From the NCBI GenBank assembly GCA_965153285.1, contig OZ229114.1: a stretch of DNA of 64,000 nt; one strand, 5' to 3'. The position numbers were made by a program, and so were the translations under genes. This DNA comes from Podarcis tiliguerta. Lineage: Eukaryota. Positions 29,734 through 41,600 of the stretch are shown one piece after another (the stretch's first letter is position 1; every line of letters begins with the position of its first letter). The notes beneath the pieces were generated by a model. That model had not been told where the DNA came from. It searched no databases and saw only the letters and a program-made list of their open reading frames with translations.

Positions 29734-32477
29734 CTTCAATTAAGCAAGGTTTAATGCATCCAATGGGCATGTCATGTGCTTGATGACCTCTCTGGTTTGT
29801 GAAGTAAAATCTATAGGTTTATCAGTGCCCTGCATGGCTCTGTGCGCAGTTTACTGGGCCACAATTCTGCAAGCCTAGGTTAGGTGCAACTCACGGACTA
29901 AACATTGGAGTTGCAAAATCTTACGCAGATACAAAAAGTACCTCTGTTGCCCAGATATTGCTGTTGGTTACAAAATCCCACAAGGTTGGCCATTCAGGTG
30001 TGATGTCAGCCTCCCCCTTTAAATAAAATTTTGTTAAACGGTTTCAGAAAATTATTTTTCAGCACATATAGCTGTGGTCTGACAAGAAGCTCATCAAAAT
30101 TAAGGGGGAAGGAATTCAAGCAGCGCAGTTTGATTAATACATTTGTTCCAGAAAGTTTGCCATTTTCCTACCTCCATTTCCACATTTTGGACTAGTATCT
30201 AAGTGTGTGCAACACACATGACTTTTTCTTACAAGTACAAAAATATCCAAGGCTTGTACTGGCCACTGTTCCACTGTCAGGTAGCTATGGCAACATCAAC
30301 AGGTTCTGAGCTGCAGAGCGCAGAGAGCAAAAGAGGCCCACTTTCTAATAGAACTGTAAATATAAAAATTCAGAATCCCAACGGGGCTGGCGCAATGCTC
30401 TTTGAGGTTCAGCATAATAGTTAATCTGGCCCTGCTTAGATTCCTTAATTGACATTTGTACCTGCTGTACTCTTTCATCATTTAACACAATGTGATCCAA
30501 AATAAAATAATATCTGAGAATAAGAATGTACTAAACCGTTCTGTAGGATTCCACCCCCTCCTTGCTATGTTGCAAAGTAAAATGAATTCTATCACAATGA
30601 AGTAAATGGAGTCACACTAGCTATTAATTCACATTCCCAGTGTCCAGCAATGTCTTTTTTAGGAGTGTAAAATACTGTTCTGTTAAATAGCATGACCTGA
30701 TGTTGCAGCAGCTGGTCACAAAGTGTGTTTTTTGAGGTTTCCTGCATCTTTCTTTTTTCCGTTTTCTTTGTGGAAATGTCTCTGCTCAGATTGTATCAGT
30801 GATAGAGGTGAAATAACTTTGCCATTTTAAAAAAATAATAGCTCTGAGATTCTCTGAAGAAAGTCTGTGTACATGAATTAATTGAATAGGGCCACAATAC
30901 TAATGTGGACTAGATGACTCAAGTTAAACATGCATGGCTCCCTCGTGCAGAAATTCCACTTAATATCCCATCTTGAGTTGGTATTTCCAATCCCTGAAGT
31001 GTATGATTAAGTGCCATATCTTTAAGAATTATGGTGCTTCCTGGTCTTGGTTTCCTGGAACAAACTGCTTTGGCTTTGGCGGGTGACTATCTGGAACATT
31101 TATAAGACAGACATCAGCTGGGTGAGTCCCCATAATGACCACTGCTAAGTGAAAGCCGTACACGCAGCGGTGCGGCAGGTGGCGGTGCTGCGGTGCTGTG
31201 TGTGGCAGTCAGCTCAGTGGGATCCCATCCTCGTCGCCAGTGAAATATACTCAGAGTCGCAAAGTGATTTCATGATCTTTATGCAGCTCATAGTGGTGAG
31301 GAGGAATGAATCCAAGTCCCCTCAAAGTATCTGCTTTATATACATTATTTACACAATGGGCTGCACATGATTGGCTAATTCTGGAATTCTACTGTAAGCC
31401 AATCAGGTTGTGGATTCACTTATATCTGGAGCATGATTGGGTGGTTCCTGTCAACCAATCATACTGCTGCATTGTTCTAGGACCAATCAGACTGCTGCAC
31501 GCAGGATCAGTCTATGTGTGTGAATGGAGGTGGAATGGGGACACCAGCCGTTTTACAAAACCACCTGCAACTGTTGTTTCAGCCCCTTGTGATGACAACG
31601 TGTTTATTTGTGAAAGGGGAGGAGTCAAAGGAACAATAAATGAATAAAAGCTCTCAAGCACAGAGAGAAAATCGGAGCAATGTGACAGAACTGACTCAGT
31701 GGTGACTCGGGAAATCTGGTGGGAAGGCCCTCATCCGCCCTAGTCCAGCAAAGCAATGCTCTGAAGTTCTCTGTTCAGAGGAGGTTTGTAAAAGGCAGTT
31801 TCTCAATTCCACATCTCTACACACTTACCTTTCCTAGATGTGAGGCATCTGATCAAAGATCTGTATTTTAAATAAGCTTAAAAATATATCTGTAGATGCT
31901 TGCTTCAGATGTTTAGCCTTGGCAGATATTTATTTTTCTGAACAGGGCCCCTCATTGATTTGTTGCAGTACTTCAAAGTTGTAAAAAGGAACAAAAGCTG
32001 GGAACAAAGGTCATACAAATTACAGAATACAATCCAAGCTGCAAAAACATTAATTAGAGTTGGTAATTACTCAAACTCAGCCTTATCTTCCCAAGGTTTA
32101 AGATATCCTGAGAAGGTTAAAAGGCAAAGAGCTAATATCAACAACAGTTGGTGGGGGGGTGTAAATTGAAGGGGTTTGCTTTAGAAACTGCTTTTTTATT
32201 AAGTTCTTTTTCTTCTAAAAATCTATGTGTGATATATGTACTGACTTTAATGTAACTATACAAAGAACAAAGAGATGTTAGATTCTTATGTTAGATTCTT
32301 ATTTCATTGATGGTGTGTGAGAAGGTGAACCCAAGACCTCTGTTTATATGACAAGATTTAAAACCATGAGCCATCTGTTTTAGCCATTTGTCCCTGTTGC
32401 CAAGGGCAGAAGAGCCAAGAGCAGAAGAGCAAAGGGCATAGGGTGATCTGATAATTAAGATGCCTTGTCAAGGCAAA

Positions 32478-32808
32478 TGTAAGATATATGATAGAAGGAA
32501 ATATAGCTCTTTGTCTCCCATAAAAGGTAATAGGAAATGGGTGTATCTTTTATGATTGGTTCTAGCAAACAGCCAATAGGAATTTCAACCAGGCTGACTG
32601 GACAGAGGCAGCCAAAGGAGGAGTAAGGAGGCTGGGCTGAGGGAATATAAGTGCTGGCCACCAGGGCTGGGGTGTGCAGAGCTTTTGGTAAATATACCAC
32701 TGTGCCAATCATTTATTTGTCTGACAAATAAATTATTATATTAATTTCTCTATTGCTGCGTTGAATATTTCATTCCAGCTAAGCGTTAACCACAAGCAGG
32801 GTGCTACA
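32478..32808 (+). mobile_element. Possible solo LTR
   Basis: TG...CA ends with CCAAT, TATA-like (atataa) and AATAAA in LTR order. No clear TSD. Confidence 0.4.
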
Positions 32809-32895
32809 GATGTGAATTACACCCACCTGCTGTCATTACTTCTCTTCCCTTGTTCACTCAATTTCATCATTCTTCCTCACCCTTTGCATGCTAGT

Positions 32896-33076
32896 TACAG
32901 GTAGGTAGCTGTGTTGGTCTGCCGTAGTCGAAACAAAATAAAAAATTCCTTCCAGTAGCACCTTAGAGACCAACTAAGTTTGTTATTGGTATGAGCTTTC
33001 ATGTGCATGCACACTTATTCAGAAGTATCTGAAGAAGTGTGCATGCACACAAAAGCTCATACCAAAAACAAACTTA
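32896..33076. mobile_element. Penelope-like element palindrome with two degenerate minimal hammerhead ribozyme motifs
   Basis: 49-bp inverted arms at 32975-33023 and 33028-33076 (45/49 match). Motif CTGAAGA-A-GTGTGCATGCACAC-(G>A)AAAGCTCA. Confidence 0.75.
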
Positions 33077-33188
33077 AAAAGGTAAAGGGACCTCTGACCA
33101 TTAGGTCCAGTCATGGCCGACTCTGGGGTTGCGGCTCTCATCTCACTTTATTGGCCAAGGGAGCCAGCATACAGCTTCCGGGTCATGT
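33077..33188 (-). mobile_element. Sauria SINE, 3' part only
   Basis: aaaaggtaaagggacctctgaccattaggtccag...acagcttccgggtcatgt; truncated at 33188. Confidence 0.9.
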
Positions 33189-33680
33189 CTTCAGATGGAG
33201 GAGGTTTCTGGTTTCTGATGGAAGCAGATGTCTGGACAGCAGGTAAAATCTAATGTTATGGCTCCACTGATTTCTGAAACAACTTTTGAAAGAGCGGAGG
33301 TGTCCATTTATGTAAGAGAAGGTGTGTGAGAGAGATATTTGTTGAGTCACCAGTTCAGCAGCAGCCACTCCTGTACATCCCCCAAATGTGTTTCAGGGTT
33401 GGCAGGGGGAACCATACAGAATGGCATGGAAAGTCTCCCCATTTCTTACATTAGCAGAGGCCTTTGCTAGATCAAAAGCTGTTCTGCAAATGGGACGTCA
33501 GCATTAGATTTGCAAATTGCACTATATGCATGTTTTAATTGTTCCTGTTATTATAGAATTGAGATAGATGACACTGCAAAGCATTATGAACTTCAGCAGC
33601 GCTTTTAGATTTTAGAAAGTGTCTTAATTAAGCAGACGTTAAGTATTGCACATGTGAATATTATTCTCAGCCAAATTTAG

Positions 33681-33681
<1 letters not shown>

Positions 33682-33728
<47 letters not shown>
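33682..33728 (+). repeat. (TA)n microsatellite
   Basis: Directly visible. Another (TA)n lies at about 9607-9640. Confidence 0.9.
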
Positions 33729-33735
<7 letters not shown>

Positions 33736-33781
33736 CACAGCATGCTGAGTGGGCCCTTCTGCTCAGTGCCGGATTTATGTA

Positions 33782-34045
33782 CAGTGGTGCCCCGCAAGAC
33801 GAATGCCTCGGAAGACGAAAAACTCGCAAGACGAAAGAGTTTTCCGTTTTCTGAGTTGCTTCGCAAGACGGATTTCCCTATGGGCTTGCTTCGCAAGACA
33901 AAACGTCTTGCGCCTTTTTTTTTTAAACTGCCAATGCATTCCTAAGGGAAACCGTCAATACACATTGGTGCTTCGCAAGACGAAAAAACTCGTAGAACGA
34001 AAAAACTCGCAGAACGAATTAATTTCGTCTTGCGGGGCACCACTG
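33782..34045. mobile_element. Tigger-like MITE (CAGTGGTGCCCCGCAAGACGAA TIR)
   Basis: 22-bp TIRs with a TA duplication. Confidence 0.88.
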
Positions 34046-34235
34046 TATAGGCTACGTAGGCTGAAGCCTAGGGCCTCTAAATCTAGGGGGCCTCCCCAAC
34101 AGGCAATGTCCCCTCTCCCAAAATTGCAAACCCAAGACTTCATGCGAGGGCAGGGCAACTTGGGCCTCTAAATCTAGGGGGCCTTAAGACCATAAGAAGG
34201 GAGAGCAGGGGCCTTGAAGTTCCCAACAGCTGTTA

Positions 34236-34240
34236 AGCAA

Positions 34241-34277
<37 letters not shown>
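34236..34277 (+). repeat. (AAGC)n microsatellite
   Basis: Directly visible. Confidence 0.9.
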
Positions 34278-34279
<2 letters not shown>

Positions 34280-35011
34280 CACAGGTCACCTTTGTCACAG
34301 GACGCCTATGTCCTGGCCAGGCCTGCACCCAATCTTGTTTTTGTACAATCTTCTTTGTTCTCAGTAACCAAAATTACATTATCAACATATACAAGCAGAA
34401 AAGTTGTTTTCCTTCATTTGCAAGGAATCGTACAAAACAAAGTGGCACTAATAAAGAAAAGTTCCAGGGTGGCAACAGAAAGCAAACTAAAAATGCTTTT
34501 GCAACTCATCAGAACTATCCAGCAATATCAAGTTAGAGGAAAACTGGTGCTATTAACAGTAACCTTTCTAGTTGCTTAAATGATTTGGCAACTTCCATGA
34601 ACATGATGTCTGATGCTAATTCCCCCCCAAAGAGTTAAATGATAACTCATCAGAGGCAGCTACAGTTGCAAATGGAAATAAAATATCTGTGAAAGGAAGA
34701 GGAACAGGTTTGCTCAAGTGTGTTGCCAGGTAGAAATACCGGCACTATTTGTAATGAAGTGAGAGCAGTCGTTGCTGGAATTAAAAATATGAAAGTTTTG
34801 AGAATTTACATGCTAGATTAAAATTGATTAATTCATTGAGAAGGGGACTGTAAAAAAAATGCAATCTCCTCCTTTATTTCCACACTGTGGCTGCAGACCA
34901 AATCACCTGAGAGGAGAGCTATGAGATTCAGGGGAGGGTCATATGCCTTGTCAATCCCACCAGGTATATAAGAGGATGACACGGCCTACCCAGGCCTATA
35001 TTTTCCTACTA

Positions 35012-35364
35012 CAGTGGTGCCTCGCAAGACAAAAAGAATCCGTTCCGCGAGTCTCTTCATCTTGCGGTTTTTTTTCGTCTTGCGAAGCAAGCCCATTAGC
35101 GGCTTAGCGGATTAGCGCTATTAGAGGCTTAGCGGGCTTAGCGGATCAGCTGTTAAGCGGTTTAGCGGATCAGCTGTTAAGCGGCTTAGCGGCTTGGGGA
35201 AAAGGGGGGGGAGGAAAAAACCCCCGCAGGAACTTGCAAGACATTTTCGTCTTGCGAAGCAAGCCCATAGGAAATTCGTTTTGCGAAGCACCTCCAAAAC
35301 GGAAAACCCTTTCGTCTAGCGGGTTTTCCATCTTGCGAGGCATTCGTCTTGCGGGGCACCACTG
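35012..35364. mobile_element. Tigger-like MITE related to 33782-34045, opposite orientation, with an internal (TTAGCGG)-like tandem array
   Basis: TA-flanked TIRs. Internal repeats of ttagcgg(c/a) at about 35096-35193. Confidence 0.88.
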
Positions 35365-35484
35365 TACTTCTAAGCATATTTTTTTTAATGCCTCAGGTTT
35401 CAATCTTTGGCAGAGGATAATGAACTACAACAGCTGCAACCCACCTGGGGGCAGGTTCTCCTGGTGTTTCTTGTGGAAAAATGA

Positions 35485-35648
35485 CTCTCCGAGTGTCCCT
35501 ATTTTCCAGGGACAGCCCTGGATTTCCAGACGCTGTGATTTGATCCCAGAATGTCCCACTTTTCCTTAACACGTCCCTATTTTAATCAGGGAAATGTTGG
35601 ACGGTATGGTAGGATATCCCTACTTTCATCAAATAAATGTTGGAGGAT
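35485..35648 (-). mobile_element. hAT-like MITE of the same family as 28858-28975, with a duplicated terminal module
   Basis: gtgtccctattttccagggacag...gtccctatttt...aatgttgga, the terminal module present twice. Confidence 0.7.
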
Positions 35649-36659
35649 AATTGATTGTGTTTGTGAGTGTGTGATTTTTAATGCTGTTTACAAAAGCAGG
35701 CTTTTATCTTCAAGGAGTATGGGATACTTCTAACAGCTCAGTGTAGGCCTGGGATCAGATCTGCAGAGGACAGGGTGGCCAAGGAGGTTTTGGGGCACAG
35801 AAAATCCAGTTGATGGACCTGGGCACTTCTAATTGGCTCCCCACCCACCCCCTCTTCGCAGGGGTGCTTTCGTAGGGCCATTCCCAGGCAAGGGGAGCCC
35901 ACCACCTGGAAAAGAACATTAGCAGCCCATATGTAATTTGTCGTGAAACTGAAGCCTTGCTCAGCCATAGAATTTGTGGTCAATATTTGTTAAAGTTTAT
36001 TGCTTGATAAAGAGGAGGAGTGTTGAGGAAGAGATGGCCATCTGCCATTGTTACAGGATATCATTGCAGGAAAGCACCCAGTTTTATATCATAAACATAT
36101 GGTACTGACAGCATTTCTGTTTCTCTGGAACTCTCTTCCCGGTTTTTAATAGACCCCCTGCTGGATTAGACTAATACACTTTCTTACCATTCTGTCACAT
36201 GAGCTGTTGCACATATCTGTTAGTTGGCTTAACAACGGCAAAACTTTGCTTAAACAATAAACGGAGAGTCTCACGAGGCGGCCACAGGAATGCAGTTTCT
36301 GCAGTTTATTTGTGTCCTGGGTTTTTAAAAAAATCTCCACAGGCTTTATCTATATTTTCTGTGCAGAAAATAAGCATGGTATCCAAATGTGATATGACTG
36401 GAAAGTCGAAATATCAAATAAAGCCAAAATGAATTGGTTCAGTGGTTCAGTATGTCCGTCACTTCCAGATGCCAGCATCAAATAGTGACTTGCAGGTTAT
36501 GAGATATCATGTTCATATGACCTTACATCCCTTCAGACACAATAGTCACAAAATTCAGCTGCAGGTCATCATAAGAGCGTTCAGTTGAGCCCCCAACCCA
36601 TGCAATGCATTTTTGTAAAAAAATTAATATTAATAAGTTCTCAGTTATACACTCATGTC

Positions 36660-37620
36660 ATTTTCCACCCTTATACAGTAGTTCTTTTGGACTTCCCATC
36701 TAGCATTCCATGACAGTTCTTTGTATATCTTAATTAGCTGTATATACAATAATATCTTCACCTTATTTTCCACCTTACAATATTGTTTATATTGTCAAGA
36801 GCTGGCCAAGAAGTAACCCCTACCTGGAATTTATATTTAAGATCATTTTTTTGGGGGGGGGGTAAATATTCCCCTAAATACTCCCACTCAATCCTTGTCT
36901 GTTTACCGTCTACATTTCTTATTTTAGATGTCATACTTGCAAGCTCAGCATATTCGATTAGTTTATTTAAGCATTGTTCTTTCCCTGGGATCTCTTTCTG
37001 TTTCCAGTACCTTGCGTACACTATCCTTGCAGCTGTTGTTGCAAATAAGAAAAAATTATGGGCTTTTTTTGGTAACTCATTTCCAATTATGCCAAGAAGG
37101 AATGCTTCTGGTCTCTTGGGAAATGTAAATTTAAAGATTTTTTTTAAACTCCTTGTACACCATTTCCCAAAATTCCTTTGCCCAATTACATCTCCATCAT
37201 AAGTGAATAAATGTACCCTCAGCTTCTAGACCAGGCATAGGCAAATGTCCCAGATGTTTGGGACTACAATTCCCATCATCCCTAGCTAACAGGACCAGTG
37301 GTCAGGGATGATGGGAATTGTAGTCCCAAACATCTGGAGAGCCGGAGTTTGCCTATGCCACTTCTAGAAATTTCCAACAGATTTTTGAGTCTTTTCTATA
37401 CATTTTGGCCAATTTGACCGGTGTCAAATAAACACCATAGGTATTGCATTTTTAGAGCATTTTCTCTTATTTGATATCAAGCAGAGAAACTCGTTGTTTG
37501 GTTCCATAGCTTTTTCCACTTGTCAATTTTCAATATTATACCCAGTGTTGATGGCCCACTTAATCATTGCTTCCTTTGTAAGTTCAATAGCTTTTTTATT
37601 GGACCCCCAAATCCCTTTTT
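36660..37620 (-). mobile_element. L1-clade LINE ORF2 3' fragment, interrupted by a MITE
   Basis: Minus-strand peptides GTFIHL*WRC..KEFWEMVYKEFKKIFKFTFPKRPEAFLLGII and AARIVYARYWK..EIP are typical of the vertebrate L1 ORF2 C-terminus. Confidence 0.75.
37232..37360. mobile_element. Palindromic hAT-like MITE inserted in the L1 relic
   Basis: CAGGCATAGGCAAA...TTTGCCTATGCC, flanked by a cttctaga duplication. Confidence 0.85.
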
Positions 37621-38052
37621 CAAATTCTGAACCTTCTTGAATAAATCCCAATGCAATGCATTTTTATGGTTGCACCTTCCACATGACTCCCCAGTATTGC
37701 ACACTGCAGTAGATTCACCCCAAACACTGAAGTGCATGCCAGGCTTTCCCAGTCATTTGGAGGAGCCCCTAAAGCGTGTGCATGTATATAGGCGCCTTCA
37801 GACTGATGCCACATGTACAGACTCATGGTGTGTTGCTGGCATGCATGAGGCAGAGCTAGCAGGCATGATCCTGCTGCCCCTCAATTCTTCATGAATGCAT
37901 AAGGGTGTTTGGGTGGACAGTCCTCAAGGGACTCCACTCTGGATTTGTGTAGGGTTTACTCCTTAGCCTTTTCTTTTTCTGAAGATATCCCACAAGGCAC
38001 CAGAGGTTTAGGATTGGAGTTTACCTTCTCCTAGATAGGCTACCTTCCCAAG

Positions 38053-38295
38053 TTTGGATTTGGATTTGATATCCTGCTTTATCACTACCCGAAGGAGTCT
38101 CAAAGAGGCTAACATTCTCCTTTGCCTTCCTCCCCCTCAACAAACACTCTGTGATGTGAGTGGGGCTGAGAGACTTCAGAGAAGTGTGACTGGCCCAAGG
38201 TCACCCAGCAGCTGCATGTGGAGGAGCGGAGACGTGAAGCCGGTTCCCCAGATTACGAGACTACCGCTCTTAACCACTACACCACACTGGCTCTC
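38053..38295 (-). mobile_element. Squam1-like tRNA/CORE SINE
   Basis: Minus-strand head gagagccagtgtggtgtagtggttaagagcggtag (box A), CORE-like body, (ccaaat)n tail. It appears to sit inside another repeat (about 37950-38630). Confidence 0.8.
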
Positions 38296-39568
38296 TTGAC
38301 AAGTCCAACCTGCCCCTCACTTCCCTCTACAGCATGTTCAGATACCGCCTTCTTGACTGCTAGACCCACTATTGGTCTCGTCTGCTCAACCTACTGGAGC
38401 CTGTCTTCTCATGCAAGGGAAGTCCCTAACTCACCAAGGGTTTGAGACCCATCAGCTACTCTCACCTGGCTTAGCCAGCCAGTCAAAGCTATTCTGGGAG
38501 TGTAGCCATCATTGCATGCTGGCAACTTCTAGGAGTCACAGGTGAGAGCTGAGTGCAGGGGGTGGGGACCAAAGGTGGACAAACTACCCCAGAAGGAGCA
38601 AGCTGTGTCCCCCACCAGAGGTACTACCCCTCCCCTAACACCACATACACCCCAAAATAAAATACAATATATAAAAGAAGCAATACAAATACATTTTAAA
38701 ATCAGTATGAACAAAGGCTGCAATAATACATGGGATGTATTTGAACTTAGGTCCCATTAAAATCAATCACTTAAGTTAAAAATAATTAATCAACGGAAGC
38801 TAAGTGCAACTATTCTAGTCTTGATCCAAACTAACATACAGGTGTATGATGTGGCTACATTTGCAATATTGTTATGTTTTCCTATGACTTACTCAGTGAA
38901 TGACTGCACATAATTGTCTGGAATAAAAGGTGACAGCTAGATTTGGCCTTCCAAGATTGGGCCAAAACAAAACCATTTCGCAATCAGTCTTGCGAATGAA
39001 TATTTTACGTTTCCACACAACTGGTGTTTGTTTTTTGTTCAAGCTGAATTTCACCTCATGAATGCTGGAGCACAGTACAAATGTTATTGATGGATGTGGC
39101 TCTCTTAGGTCATGTTCTTCCGAATGCATGAAATAGTTATGTACCTTTTCTCTCCAGCATTGAAATGTAATTTGTGGCACAGGCATAACTGTGCTCTTAC
39201 AGAGGGAGTGGTGGAGACAACCAAGGCAATGCACACACTCTCTTTTCTGATGCAGCCAATAATCTAAGATGTAACCATGGAAAAGCCAAATAAGGGACAT
39301 TTCAGTGGCTCACGGAGTTTGGCTACATTGTGGAATGAATTCCCAATGGATCTCTTTAAAGCTATGTAACTTGTCAACAAGAGGATTCAATGATGTGATT
39401 CAATAAAGCTTGCATAGGTCACATTTGCACTTCTTAGAACAGAACTTTTATTGAATTACCCAGATCCATATTCCAGTCAGGCAAAAGCACTGGAGAATAA
39501 TGCAGAGCTGACACAGTAGGGTATGTGGCCTAGGAAGGGGAGAGGTGGTCTGGGTAGAGTTCCAAGGG

Positions 39569-39608
<40 letters not shown>

Positions 39609-39829
39609 AGGATACAAACCATACCCTCCAACATGCTGAGGTGAAGAACCAAGATGCACGTTTTCTGGGGCCCCGTGTGAATCACATAACCAGTGTAAGA
39701 GTGTGTCCTTCCCCAAAAGCAGGATCCCAGGAGATCCCAGTGCCCCTAAACATGTGTTTTAGGGTACTCTATTCTCACGTGAAAAAATAGGGATGTCCCA
39801 GAACAGTTGAATATGACACACACACACAG

Positions 39830-40324
39830 GTGCTATATTGCTATAGCTATATGAAGCCTTAGCCCCCTTCTAATTCCTTGAATAGCCAAACTAGCTTCCT
39901 GGTGAGGTGATTGGCCATTAAGGGGAATAAAGGAAGTGGCTCTGAATGAGTTGGCAAATGGGTGGGGACCTTCCCTCAGCTTGCGGGTAGTTAGAAAGAC
40001 AAAGGCAGAGTTTAAAGGAGAGAGTAGGGAGTGATGTGAGAAGCTGGAAGAAAAGTTGAGGGCTGGGAAGCAGGCAGAGAGAGGCATGATTGATCTCTGT
40101 TTGAAGCCAAGGCTGCAGATAGGAGAAGCAAAGTCCTCTTGGGGGGTTAATGCTGTGAAACCCTCCACTGTAGGCTCAGGTTGTATATATGTCCAGATAA
40201 ACCATATATCATAAAGACACCACAGTCTCCAATGTGCCTCATTCCAAAGTATAGCTGAAACCTGAGTAAGTGCCTGGAGCCCCTGGCTTCTCGCACCGCT
40301 CTGAGATTGGCGTGGTGTGCAACA
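39830..40324 (+). mobile_element. Possible solo LTR
   Basis: TG...gcaaCA ends with ATTGG boxes and an AT-rich polyA-like region near the 3' end. TSD not resolved. Confidence 0.4.
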
Positions 40325-41299
40325 ATATGAGTAGACTATGCTTCCTGGAACTATTCTGAATGCAAGCTGATTTTTCCTGTGTATTTATTACGTTCACAGT
40401 CCTATTTGCTCCAAAGAAAACTACGTTTTGGACTTTAAGAGAATATTCAACTAGAGTCTTCCGTGTGTCACAGCATTTAGTCCTTTCAACACTTCTTAAA
40501 AGCAAGGAATAAAAATGATCCCCCAAGGACCTATTGAAATTTCTCAACTCTCTGGGCATGCATTATGCATTCACCAAATTTGCTGCCGGTGTTGTAAGTT
40601 TGCAACTCTCCCGCTAGTTTTCATTACAGCTGCATAGCCTCCGATTTGAACAGCAGTAGACAATTGCTCTGCAGAGCCTCCATATGTGCGCGCGCGCCTG
40701 TCTGTGTGTGTGTGCGTGCATGTAGCCTTGTTTCTTATCACATCAACTTTCAGCTGGGGTTACTTCAAAGTAAATTCCTGGTTCCTTCAGATTTCCTCCA
40801 CTTATCATTTTAACAATTAGCCAAATGCATTTCCTCCCACAAAGCGGAGCCATTTGCATATTAAAAGGTCGGTGCGCAGGTTAAAGTTATTTAACTATGA
40901 AAGAGATGATAATTTTGCAATCTTCCTGGCATCCAGATAAAGCACAAAAATTACCTCTGGGTTTTAATTTACACATTTGCCAGTGCACAATGAAAAGCAT
41001 TCTAGGAGAATGGATTAAGCATTATAATGAACTTTCAATTAGAATGAGGCATGTATTTACGGAGAATCGTTGTGTTTATCACATTCACTTATGACAAATT
41101 GGGAAAACTTCATTCAGAATTTCCAGCAATTTCTAAACATGGAATAACCACTCTGGACCCTCGCTCCTCCACAGAGCTACCCTCCTGGCACTGCCATCAC
41201 TGTGGCTTACCTGGGTGGGGATGGGCAGCTGCAAGGTCAGGATTGCACAGGTGGAGCAACAGGACCACCAGCCACATCCCAGACCTCCCACCTGTGCAA

Positions 41300-41600
41300 C
41301 TGGACCTCTTCCAGCTCTACCAAACCCTTTGGGAGGTGGGGTGACCAAAAGTGGACACAGTATTCCAACTGTGGCCTCACCATAGATTTGTATAATGGTA
41401 TTATGATACTGGCAGTTTTATTTTCAACCCGCTTCCTGATAATCCCTAACATGTAATTTGCCTTTTCCGCATCTGCCACAAAGAAAGACAACATTGTTAC
41501 GGAGCTGTCCATTATGCCCACAAAGTCTCGTTCCTGGTCAGCCATTGCCTGTTCAGACCCACCCCCATTAGAGTATATGTGAAACTGGGGTTGTTTTGTA
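41300..41600 (-). mobile_element. CR1 LINE ORF2 fragment
   Basis: KANYMLGIIRKRVENKTASIIIPLYKSMVRPQLEYCVHFWSPHL is a canonical CR1 RT C-terminal motif. Confidence 0.9.

Noticed and set aside
33782-34045. CRISPR-like repeated motif (cgcaagacgaa)
   Set aside because: Irregularly spaced sub-terminal repeats inside a TA-flanked MITE in a eukaryotic genome; no spacer periodicity and no cas genes.
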